Positions 39,301 through 56,609 of a stretch of DNA of 64,000 nt are shown piece by piece. Each line of letters begins with the position of its first letter. Position 1 is the stretch's first letter. Under the pieces are notes generated by a model. It was not told the DNA's origin, searched no databases, and saw nothing but the letters and a program-made list of their open reading frames with translations. Source of the stretch: Cycas panzhihuaensis (Eukaryota; Plantae; Cycadophyta); the NCBI GenBank assembly GCA_023213395.1, contig CM041465.1, positions 196,237,741-196,301,740 of the forward strand, read 5' to 3'. The translations under genes were made by a program, and so were the position numbers.

Positions 39301-42300
39301 TAGTCACTCATGCCATAACTTACTCATATTATCAACACTAACAACAAAAGTGTACGAATTTTGCTTGGATCTAAATTTCTCAAACAGCCAAAATTATCTT
39401 GCACTCTCCTAGTAGTAACAATAAAGTTCTTCTTAGGATCCGTAACTATGTATCTATTATTATAAAGCTTAATTTTCATACCTTGCTTGCAAATTTCCCA
39501 AGTAGAAAGAAGATTACGCTTCATCTTAGGCATATCGTGAACACTATTGAACTTACCTCTTATAAGTGAAACAAAACCAACTCCTTTTATAGGCAAAATA
39601 TAAGCATCTCCAAGAATCAAATTAACATCACTTGTACCTACATCCATGGCATCAAAGTTTTTCTTCTAATAGATGATGTATTTTTTAGCACTAGAATCTA
39701 GGATCCAATAGTCTTTCTAATTTGACTTAAATGACAACATTGATACTTGAATATAATATGCTGCTACACTCTTCCCTTTGTCATCTTGCTTAGCTGTATA
39801 CTTATCCCACTTCTTAAACCAATAATTATTTTCTTTGTGGTATTCTTTCTTATAATAATTGCACTTACCCATGAACTTTTTCTTCTCTAGAGATGTCTCA
39901 TCTATTTTTTGTGTAGACTTGCCCTCCTAAACTATATCCTTTCTTTGTATCTTTATGACTAAAGCCTAATTTAAATTAAAACTAAAAAGTATTAAGTGAT
40001 TCTTTAACATTGTATCCTTTACTAGAATAAGGTTTTTTAGTGACTCAAATAATTCACCTTCTATAACTTCATCCCTTACATAGATACTTTCGAAGGTTCT
40101 AAATATAACATGTAACTTTAACATAATAATGGTAAAAAATACTGCATCGTCAATTGAGTTTGACTTTAATTCATCCAACTTATTCCTAAAATCAATAATC
40201 TTATTAAGGTATGCATTAATGTTGTTCTCATCTTCTACCTTAAAATTCAATACTTCCATCATAAGAGCAACATAATGATTGGTTTTCTTATTTTTAAATG
40301 TCTCATAAAACTTGGTCTAAATCTCATGTAGGGTTTTAAGGTTGTGGACTAAAGTTCTATGATCTAGGGCCAAAGATAACTTAAGTAACCCTATACCCAT
40401 GAATTATTTTTTCTCAGCATGAATGTGCTTTTTCTCATATAAGAGAACACTCAATGATGCAGATTTGGTAATGCCCAAAGCTAGTTAACCATGAGTACCA
40501 GTTCCATATTTTCCTTTTATTCATTAAAGTTATTCCTATTAAAAGTAACCAACTGAACTCACTTCTCTATGAATTAAAAATAAACAAATATAGGACCCTA
40601 AACCAACCTTCAACAAGCAATATTCCCTCAAACTATAATCCATTCAACCACCTAAAGTTTAAAGGTTCACCAAGATTGATAACCACTTAATATAAGCCAA
40701 TAAACTACTGACTAAAAGAACTAATCTAAACACTTCACTTCACAAGTTTGATGTAAAACACTACTATATTATGAATTAAAAATAACACTCTTAAATCAAT
40801 GTAATATACAATAATCATAAACCTTTATTTGCCCAAATAATAGTATACCAGTGCCTTTTATTAATGAAAAATCCAATGAAGTAGACATCTCATGTAATAG
40901 ATACAATAATATACTCATCCAATAAAGCATGCCTAGTTTACTTACTTCTCCATCGTATCAAAACAAATCCTTATGAAATATTTATGCCACATACATTTAT
41001 GCAATGTATACGCATAATTAAATATTAAAAGCCTTTATATAGATATGCCCACTTGGAATAAAATGTCATATCACTTTACCTAAAAATGTATTTCAATCTA
41101 TTAAAAGTGACTTAATAAAAAGCAAAGTACCTTTTGATGATTGATATTCAAAGGATGACTTTATTAACAAAGGGCAATCAATCAACCTCAATATAAAATA
41201 ATGATCAAATCAATGATGATATATAGCAAATTGATTTTAATTAAATCAATGATGATATATATCAAAGCGACTTTATTCAAAGACAAAATATATTATAAAT
41301 AATACCTTTATAGTGTCTTTAAGTATTACAATATACTTGTGTAACCACAAAAAACCTACATTCATAAGTTACTATGACTTTAACTTGATATAGATCTAAC
41401 TATCTATAGTTACATCTTGTATGACTCATTTACAATTATGATTAAGGGAGTCAATGACTTGATACAATTATGACAAATTTGTAATTTTTGTAAGCTATGG
41501 TGAACTGCAAGCAATGCCTCCATCTTTAGCTATCACTATGATCTTCCTTATTGTGCTCATTACAATCTACTTTGCATGCTCATTGTGATTGTATTCTTCA
41601 ATAAAGAAAACTCTTCTATAATGCCTACTATTAATACACCACTTCCAAAAACTCTCATAGATAGTTCAACATTGAAACAAAAATACAATTACTTTGTCTA
41701 TGACTATCCCTAGACACCATGACTTCCATGGTCTTTTGGCACCTTCACATGGCAACCTACATGTCCTTAGTTGATAAACTAAGTAACTAGAGGCTATAAC
41801 TTCAGAAATAAGAGGCACCAGGCAACACTTCATACCTAAATATTTACATAAGATAAAGCAACCTCTTACACTAGGTTACACACCTCCAAGGACTAATGAA
41901 GCCTTACAAAATAGATAACAGAAGGCATCAAGAGTCTTTATTCGATCACTATACCTTGTGGCTATCCTTTCAACTATAAGAGAAGATGATCCTCAATAAA
42001 GGGTTAAGTTAGTATAAGCTAGCAATTTATTAGTCAACACATGCCTAGTTGTGTACAACCATATGCTTTGATACCATTTAGAAATCATACATAAATAGAT
42101 CATTTATGTACATAACAAGCACGGAATGAATAATCACATAACAAAATTAACGTGAAAAATCTCGCAATAATAACCCACCATACAATATGGATTACATTGA
42201 TATAGAATCATTAAAGTATAACAGACTTTAGATCCATTTAAATAGATCCATAAGCACCTCAAATATTACATTCATCATCTCACAATAATATCACATAATT

Positions 42301-42375
42301 ACATCACATATATTTTCACAATAATATACCATGTTTACATTAGTCGGGTTAAGTGGATAATATACCACTTTAATA
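36306..42375 (-). mobile_element. Full-length degenerate Ty1/copia element
   Basis: LTRs 36306-36616 and 42077-42375; PPT tccccccttaa at 36617; PBS gctttgatacca at 42065-42076; probable TSD GGTTT (one extra base on the right). ORF pieces: gag 39966-40262, PR 39324-39647, IN 38657-38863 (PQQNGIVERKN), RT 37489-37671 (YTDDLVLT), RH 36981-37229. Confidence 0.93.
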
Positions 42376-42929
42376 GGTTTTATTAGTTATTTCAATGTTG
42401 GTATATGTTGGTTTAGTATTACTATAAATACAAAATATAGGTGCTAATGTACAATAATTATAAAAATGATGTGCTACAAGGTAATAATAAAAATTAATAA
42501 AAATGATTAAAAGAGATGCTAAACGTCCCTTAAATTACAACAATTGAACAAAGCCATGAACCCAATATAGACATATGATAAACCTCTAAAAAGTGATAGA
42601 AATAACTACTTACAAATGCACACATGAGAGATGAAGAGCAACTTATAAAGAGCTAATAAAAACTAATCAAAATATAGACAATGCATATCACATAACTAAT
42701 AAAAGCTATAAATGTATGCAATGTAAACTCTAAAACTCTTAGACATTTTAAAATATAATAAATCAATAAGATTGATCATGACAACTCCCTTAGAACTTAA
42801 AACCTAGAAGAGGAAGATGATATCTTTCTAATGGCTAGGTTTTAGTAGAATTATGTGGTGTATAGGTAGGGTTTTTAGTGTCTCCAAAATAATGTATAAA
42901 TTAGGGTTTCAAAATAATCAAGAGAATGG

Positions 42930-43310
42930 TATGAAACTTGGGAGGTGAGAAACTAGGCAGAAACAAGTATAAAAAAAAAAGAAAGTGGAATATGTTGGAA
43001 AAATGTTGAGCACTATGCATGTCATATTTGAGGAAAATTTAATAAGCGTAGGTCCACTTGCTGATGTTTCCAAATGAAGGTATGATTTAGGGTTTGTGGG
43101 TGAATGATGTAAAATTTAGGAGGCAAGAATGAGTGAAAAAGACTAAAATGAAAGGTGGAACACATCAAAAAATTATTAGGCACCATGTGTATTTGATTTG
43201 AGGCAAATTCAATAAGCATAGGTCCACTTATTGACATCTTTAAATGAAGGTATGATATAGAGTTTATTGGTGAACCCTATGAGTGATGTGAAATTTGGGA
43301 GGTAATAAAT
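42930..43310. repeat. ~190-bp tandem repeat, left two monomers
   Basis: aaaatttgggagg..aaaatgaaaggtggaaca..ggtccactt..aaatgaaggtatgat repeated; continues at 46076. Confidence 0.85.
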
Positions 43311-44204
43311 TATTAGAGTGGTATTTTATCTACTTAACCCAACTAATGTTTATGTGATGTATATGTATAAATATATGTGATATAATAATGTAATTATATG
43401 GGCCAAAAAATATAATATGTGAGGCACTTATGGATCTATTTAAAGGGATCCAAAGTCCATTATATATTACACTTTTTATATCAATGTAATCTATATTTTT
43501 GTGGTGGGTATTTACTAAAAGATTTCCTATATTAATTCTATGTTGTGTGCTTATTCATTTCATACTTATTGTGTATATAAATGATCTATTTATTTGTGGT
43601 TTCTAACATGGTATTAAAGCATGTGATTGTGTATAAGTAGATATATGTTCAGCAAAGTATTTAGATTGTAGGTTGCTAGGTTATGTTGAGTTAACCCTTC
43701 ACTAAGGATCAACTTCTCCTACAACTTAAAGAGTAGACATAATTTGTAATGATCATTTAGAGACTCCTGGTGCCATTTATTATCTATTTTGTAGGTCTTT
43801 GTCTATCCTTGGAGGTATGCAGAGGAGTGTAGGAGGTTATTTTCTCTTGTTACAGGTGTAAGATATTTAGTGCCCCTTGTTTTTATAGTTGCAACCTTTA
43901 GATATTTTATTACCAACCAAGAATATGTAGATACATCTATGTATGATCCTAGAAGGTGATATGAAATGTTGAAGCTATGGAGATTGAGTAAATATAATCA
44001 AGGAGGTGATTATAAATTGCTAGTCAAGGTTGAATGGACATAGCTTGAGTGTGAGGAAGATGCAATTATAAGGGAAGATATACACCATGTAACATAGGTT
44101 GTAGCCTACTTATAATGTCATAGATATCATGTGGTCATATTTAGAGTTGAAAATTGGAAGATAAATATTTTTTTAAATCCATAACCAGTGAGGTAAGGAG
44201 TGAA

Positions 44205-44290
44205 TAGTCATAACCCCATGGATGGTCATAAGTTACCATAGATGGCCATAACCTCATGGATGGTCATAAACCATCATAGATGGTCATTTT
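44205..44290. repeat. ~19-bp minisatellite (gtcataaccccatggatg-like, about 4 copies) in 5' UTR
   Basis: Seen directly. Confidence 0.75.
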
Positions 44291-44486
44291 ATAGTTGAAG
44301 TATGTGTAATAGTCATAGCTTATAGAGGTGATAGATCTTGTAGAAGATTATTATGTAGGAGACATAGTAGTAATCAATGAGATTGCATAAGTTCACATGC
44401 TATAGATAACTCTCTACAGTCATGACATGTAACTACTCATAGATTTTAGTTTATCAAAGATGCACATTGATGCATATTAATATAGA

Positions 44487-44756
44487 ATTGATGTGGGAAA
44501 CCTTTTGGTAAAAGCCCATTAGAGAAATATAGATTACATTGATACAAAATATGTAATGTACAATGGAATTTAGATCCCTATCAATAGATCCATAAGTGCC
44601 TCATGTATTATATCTATTAACCTATATAATTAAATTATTACATCACATATATTCATACATATATACCACATAAATATTAGTTGGGTTAACTAAATAAAAT
44701 ACCACTCTAACATCCTATCTTAATGTAAATATGGGGTCTTAAAGTCTTCTTAGATG
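44487..44756 (-). repeat. Inverted partial LTR + PPT + short 3' UTR inside 43311-46075
   Basis: Reverse complement of ~45740-46003 (attgatgtgggaaacctttt...aaaataccactctaaca, then taatgtaaatatggggtcttaaagtctt). Confidence 0.9.
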
Positions 44757-46075
44757 CTAGATCATAATAGTTATTACTGTATTATATGTTGACAACCTTG
44801 TTTTTACAAGCAATTATAATAAGACTATTGTAGCTACAATATGATAGATCTTAGGCAACTTTATTAATTCTTAGGCATTGAGGTTAGGAAGATGGATGAT
44901 TACATCATGATATCATAATCAAAGTATGTTGAAAATTTACTTAAGAGATTCAGGATGAAGGATTGTAAACCAATAAAGATACCATGTGCAAAGGGCATAA
45001 AGCTTCTAAAGGATATGAACAAGCCAGCTGTAGATAGGACTTTATATTGGTAATTGGTAGGGAGTTTGATTTACTTAACTCATACTAGGCTTGATTTTTC
45101 TTATGCTATCAGATTAGTATTTTATTACATATAGAGTTCCAAAGAACCTCATTGAATTAATGCAAAAGGATTTTGAAGTATATTAAGGGAATACTTAATC
45201 TTGGCCTTGAATACCTTCACGGTAGAGAGGCAAACTTACATAGGTATATTAGCAAAAATTGGGGTGGAGATGTAGAAGATAGGAAATTGACTACGAGATT
45301 TATTTTTGGTATTAGCAATGGGTTCGTATAATGGCAATCCACTATTATATTATCTTCTATAGAGGCTAAGTACCAAGGACTAAGTGCAAGTGCAGGGGAA
45401 GATATATGGTTGTAGGTACTTTTATAGAATCTTTGAATATCTTCTAACACACTTGTTATACATGTTAATAATTAAATTGTTATTTGACTTTCAAAGAATC
45501 TAGAATTTCATGTATGTATGAAGCACATTAAGATTCAATACTATTACATCTATGAGCAGATTAGGTCAAAAAAGTTACAAGTTAAGTTTTGTCTAAGTGA
45601 ATAGAAACTTATGGACATATTTACCAAAGCTCTTACTAAAGACCACTTCATTATGATTTGTACAAATTTAAGACTTAATGAAGTTATCCTTGAGAGGGAT
45701 ATATCAATATGGATAAAGATAAAGGATAGTCCAAACTTGGGAAGACTTCAAGACCCCATATTTATATTAAGGAGGGATGATAGAGTGGTATTTTATCCAC
45801 TTAACTTGACTAATATTTATGTGGTACATATGTGTAAATATATGTGATGTAATAATATAATTATGTAGGTCGATGAATGTAATACATGAGGCACTTATAG
45901 ATCTATTTAAAGGGATCCAAAGTCCATTATACATTACACTTTTTATATCAATGTAATCTATATTTCTATGGTGGGTTTTTATTAAAAGGTTTCCCACATC
46001 AATTTAATGTTGTGTGCTTGTTCATTTCATGCTTATTGTATAGATAAATAATATATTTATCTATGGTTTCTAACA

Positions 46076-46610
46076 TAAACTATGTAAGAATAAGTGAAAA
46101 AGATTAAAATAAAAGGTGGAACATGTTACAAAAGTATTAAGCACCATGTGTGTCAAATTTAAAGTAAATCCAACAAGCATTGGTCTACTTACTAATGTCT
46201 CCAACTGAAGGCATGATTTAAGGTTTATGGGTGAACCCTATGAATTATATAAAATTTGGGAGGTAAGAAAATATGTAAGAATAAGTGCAAGAGACTAAAA
46301 TGAAAGGTGGAACATGTCAAGAAAGCATTGAGAATCATGCGTATAAAATTTGAGGTAAATATTATAAGCATATGTCTACTTATTAACATCTTTAAATGAA
46401 GGTATAATTTAGGATTTCTGGGTGAACCCTGTGAATGACATAAAATTTAGGAGATAAGAAAGTAAGTAAGAATAAGTGCAAAAGATTGAAATGAAATGTG
46501 GAACATATTAGAAAGTGTTGAGCATTGTTCATATCAAATTTAAAGGAAATCTAACAACTATAGGGTCATTTATTAATATCTCTAAGTGAAGGTACATGTT
46601 AGGGTTAGGC
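46076..46610. repeat. ~190-bp tandem repeat, right three monomers
   Basis: aaaatttgggagg at 46251 and aaaatttaggag at 46442; same monomer as 42930-43310. Confidence 0.88.
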
Positions 46611-48395
46611 CCATAATATTTCAAGTGAAACATCATAAATGTTTGCAAGCAAGTTTATTGCAATTTCACTTGTGATGTGTAACTAGTCAAGTAAGCTTAT
46701 TTAAATTTTGTTTAAGTTTATGTATGATAATATGAATGATGGACAAGGATTCATTATTGAGTACGAGGTTTATGATGAGATAGAGGGATGTATCACAATG
46801 TTGCAAATGTTGTTAATACAATATGCAATTTAGGGTTTTAATTTTTGAAGTTTCTAATGTTTTCAATAAGAACTCAAGGTTTTAGTAACCATGGAAGTTT
46901 GTCTTAAAATGAGGGTTTTGATTATGCACTTATTTTATTATAAAAATATCAAACTTATAAAAGTTATAGACTTCTAACAATCTTAGGTATTACTTAACTT
47001 CAAATGTACTCCACATTAATGACAATGCCTCTCCACATCAAGGGTTGATTTATAATTGTTTCTTCTTTATCATATGAATGGAAATATGTAGCCTTATTTA
47101 AGTGAGCTACCATGATATTTGATAATAAAAAAGCCCTATAGCACATCCAATTGTAATTGTCCTTCATGGCATGTTATGCCAAAAGATAACACTATAATAA
47201 CATAATCCCAGATAATTCATAGAATGAAAGTATTGATAGTTCTATAGATCTACCTAATATAGCTCCATATACTATTCTATAAAAGGGATATATTTATTCT
47301 AACTCTTAGACTAAATCTTGATAGGAAAAAAATAATTTAAAACTATATTGCAAACCACTACAATATCATATAAAATTTGGACTAATACATTGAGATACTC
47401 ATCTATGATCATGTATTTAATGTGTAGGTATAATTTATTAGATTCTATATCATTTGGTCTCTGCATCATGATCATCTTGTTTACTATCTTCTACTTAGCT
47501 TATGACTTAAGTGCATGTTGGCTCTGATAGGATTTACGAGATCCTAGTCAACTTCCAACCGACTGTGAACAATGCCATTATAGATGTCTCTATTATATCT
47601 GGGAGGCATGTGACTTTGGTGCTATACTATTCTCACTACATCTCCCATAAAAGTGGTCTTACTCCCAAAGTATTCACATCCTTGTTGCCTTACTAGGATG
47701 CCTCCTATAAATCCCATGGTGTAGTTTGGTAGTGTTTTCCCCTTATCACTACTAAGTAATTAGTATTTGTTGCCATCCACTACACACACATACACTTTAT
47801 CTTTGAAATTGCTACTAGCTTAACTACATAGCGTGATGTTCCCTTTCTAAGATTTTGTGGATTATCTTTTAAGCTTATGATCATCTAAGATTGTCCCTCA
47901 TCTCACTCCCTTTGTATTTACCTCCCTTATGTCTTTCCTTTGTCCCTTTCCACCTCTTACTAGTCTCCCTAGTCTATGCCTCTCTTGTAACATCTCTTAC
48001 CTTCACTATACTTCCTTTCTCCTCCATTTGACACTTTCACTACACTTCCCTTCCTGTCCTTTATCTCTCCCTTTCTTGTTCTCTCATCCTATTCATTTCC
48101 CTCCATTTACTTCCTATACTATCTTGTCTCCCTAATTAGTCCTATGCCCTCCTAACTAGCCTTCGTACTTCCTCCTCCTTTTTAACCCTCATTGGGCTAC
48201 CTATTCCTTGCTTATCAACTTTTATATTTTCCCTTATCAACTTTTGTATTTACCCTTCTATTACTCTCTCATTGTTTGTGCTCCCCTCCTTTTCCTTCAT
48301 GATTCCCCCATTACATTTCTCATTCGATCTTTCCATGAGATGGTTGGTTATGCTTGCCCCCTTTTCTTCTTTCCCCTCTTTTTCTTTTTGTTCTG

Positions 48396-48400
<5 letters not shown>

Positions 48401-48448
<48 letters not shown>
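48401..48448. repeat. (CT)n microsatellite ending a ~550-bp pyrimidine-rich tract
   Basis: Seen directly. Confidence 0.97.
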
Positions 48449-48450
<2 letters not shown>

Positions 48451-48569
48451 ATAGAATGTTGGAACAAAAAGAAAAAGAGGGGGAAGAAGAAAATAGGGAA
48501 AATACCTCCTATTCTCATGGGTAGTTAGGGAAAAGTAGGGGTAAAACAATCCCTCTTTTGTGCTCATTA

Positions 48570-49832
<1,263 letters not shown>

Positions 49833-50199
49833 GGTTTCATTAATAAGGGCAATTTAGATACTTGAATTTCTTAGTCAAACAAATGATAAGAGAATGGCTC
49901 AAATGAGCCTCTTTCCAATCATGAATTTTCTTAATGTTATTAGATCATAGAGTATATATATTCAACAAAACTATAAGATAGAGGGTAAAAATAAGCATTT
50001 TAGGTCATAAATTTTTCTAAATGTAGGTCATAAAATTAAAGGCATAAATATAAAGTCAGGGAAGTATTAAATGGGGGATTTGATTTCTAAAGTGATGCAT
50101 AAGTTGACTCATCTATTGTGTATATGAATGCCATAAATATAAAAATTAGGCCATCTTATATGGGCTAGAATTTTAGGGAAAGAGGTTAAAATCCTAGAT

Positions 50200-54173
<3,974 letters not shown>

Positions 54174-54329
54174 TGCTCTTTACTATAAGGTAATTTCTAA
54201 AGGATGAAAATAATTTAAGTTAGCCTTTCTCCTCTTCACACTTACTAATTTACTAAGCCTTTTATGGATTGTAGCATTGAATGTTTAACCCTAGAACTTC
54301 AAACTTCCATAACTTTTCCATTTGGTGTT

Positions 54330-55430
54330 GGCTTTAAGACTTTCACTACTTGTTGGAAATATAGAAAACTCCTTCATAATTTAGTAGATTTATCATTTGT
54401 AAAATGTGTGATGGACAAATGATTACTATACTCCAAAGAAGTTATGAAGATCTTTGCGTCTAGCACCTACCCTTACATTAGCTTTTTACCCTATTCTTCA
54501 CTTGTTTACACCATATACTCCCCCTTATGTATTACCCATCTAAGTAATCTAACTACTTTTGTATTATATAAGTAATAAATAAAGAGTGATTTTTCAATGA
54601 TTAAGGTATTAAAAAAGAAAGAGACAAATAACTTAGGTCTAGAGAGATTACAATCTTTACTCAAAGAAACTTACCAAGCTAGAAGATCAAAATGGTATAT
54701 CTTAACACCTAGTGAAACATGGTTTAAGTAATTACTTCACATAGTATGAACCAAACTAATAAAGAAAAATATATTTTACATATTTTCTAGAGATATAACC
54801 TAATCAAAGAAGGTTAAAGAAAATGGGTCCTTTATTATCATAAGCCACAACTTGTTGTTTGATTTCTTTTTATTCTACTTTATATCTACTTTCTTATTTA
54901 ATCTATATATTAGTTAGGATTCCAATTCTAGTGCTTTTGATCTCACAGACTATTAACTCACTTACTTAATCTATGAGCCTAGTTCGACAATAAGAGATTT
55001 TTGTCTAAGGGATTGTCTTAAGGCATAATCTTCTTTCCTTTCTAATGCACTACATGCATAGAAAGTCTTCCCTCTAGGAGGATACCCTAAGTTCTCTAGA
55101 TTTCTAAGACTCCTTTGGTGATCCTATCAAAGAATGTCTTTTCTAATAAAACAATACTAATATTAAAAAAAATGGCCTTTATGCCAAAGTAAGTCATTAT
55201 TTAATGTCAAGCCTTCTATTATGGATAAACTTGCATTTTATTATTTATCTATTCAAGATATTTGTTCTAGATGCTTAGCATACTCTACCTAAATTTGGTT
55301 TAACCAAGAAGGGATTAGGATGGTAGTAAGGTATAATTTTCCTTCATCTCTTCTAAATAAGGCATCTACCATAATGTTTTTTTTCTACATATTTTATATA
55401 ATATATAGGATCAAAATTATTGAAGACCAA
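54330..55430 (-). mobile_element. Ty3/gypsy RNaseH-integrase fragment (decayed)
   Basis: Minus strand at 55345-55400 reads YKICRKKNIMVDALFRR, matching the gypsy YKPGKENVVADALSR motif. Confidence 0.55.
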
Positions 55431-56609
55431 TGAGTACAAGTATGAAATCCAAGGTAATAATCTAAAATTTAGAATTTAAGCAAAAAAATCATGCCACTAA
55501 TATTATCCCTTGGATTTTTCATAGGCCTTTGTCTCTTTTTTTTAGCCAATCTAACTTAATATATTATAATTCTTCCTTATTTAAAATATTGTATATGTAA
55601 AGTAACTAATTTATAAAATTGGATATCTTTGTAATATGTTTATTTCTTCCTAAATGGCATCTTCGATTGGTAATTGGTACCATTTAACTAGGTATTCTTA
55701 TATAGTCCTCCTCTGCAATTCTTTTTCTCATGTTTAGATGATTAATTCAAGTATGAGGACTAACTTCCCTTTGTTATCTAATATTAGTATTTCAATTTAA
55801 GCTAGTATGTATTCTCCTAATTCCTCTGTAAAGCAGAGGACATGGAGGATGTTATGTATCTTAATGGATATTAAGTATTCTAATGGGTATGCTACTTTCT
55901 CAATACTCTTTCAAACCTAGTATAGGCCATAAAACCTAGGGCTAATCTTTTCCCTTTGGGTTATTTTTATAGAGGCTTATTTATAGGGTTATAAATAGGG
56001 GTATAACCAAATGCCTATATCAAATTCCCTCTTAGTTTAATATTTATATATTTATTATTTCATTATATTTTATGCTATCCTTAAATGTTCTTACAAGATT
56101 TGTAAGGTATATTTTATGCTTTATAAATAATTCCTTACTACTTCTACCTAACTAAATTAAGTTCCAATTCCTTAGGAGATGTTAGGTTATATCCATATAG
56201 AGCATTGAATGAAGACATTTAGATGGTTGAGTGGTATATAGAATTATACTATGCTTATATGAGATGTAACTATGTAACATATATACCATGCTTATTAATA
56301 GTATAGTTCCTTAAATAGCCTTCGAAGCACTTGTTTACTACTTTAATTTACCCTTTTATTTATGGGTGATAATTAGAATTCTTGGTTGTTTTGGTTCTAA
56401 CTTGCTTAAATAGTTCTTGTCAAAAGTGACTCATAAATTTAGGGTCCCAATTACAGATAATTATGTAGTAGCCTATATAATCTATGTATTTATCTCATGA
56501 GTAATTTTATAAATTGTAGAGTTCTATAAGTTAACTAAATCATTATGAAGTGAGTAACTTTGGTTAATCTATCAACTATTATAAAAATTATGTCCTTATA
56601 TTAGAATGT

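Larger units (their letters stand above)
43311..46075 (+). mobile_element. Internally deleted/rearranged copia element (LTR family of 36306-42375)
   Basis: LTRs 43311-43608 and 45778-46075; PBS tggtattaaagc at 43609-43620; PPT at 45767-45777; TSD TAAAT/TAAAC. Only RT C-terminus + RH retained (~44760-45690; LYVDNLV, MDIFTKALTKDHF). Confidence 0.9.

Noticed and set aside
42900-46610. Interstitial telomeric repeats (tttaggg/ttagggttagg)
   Set aside because: Only isolated one- or two-unit matches within the 190-bp monomer; no array.
47500-48560. Host gene promoter/5' UTR (TATA-like cctataaat at ~47704, CT tract)
   Set aside because: No downstream exon or ORF; equally compatible with an old LTR. 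Left unassigned.
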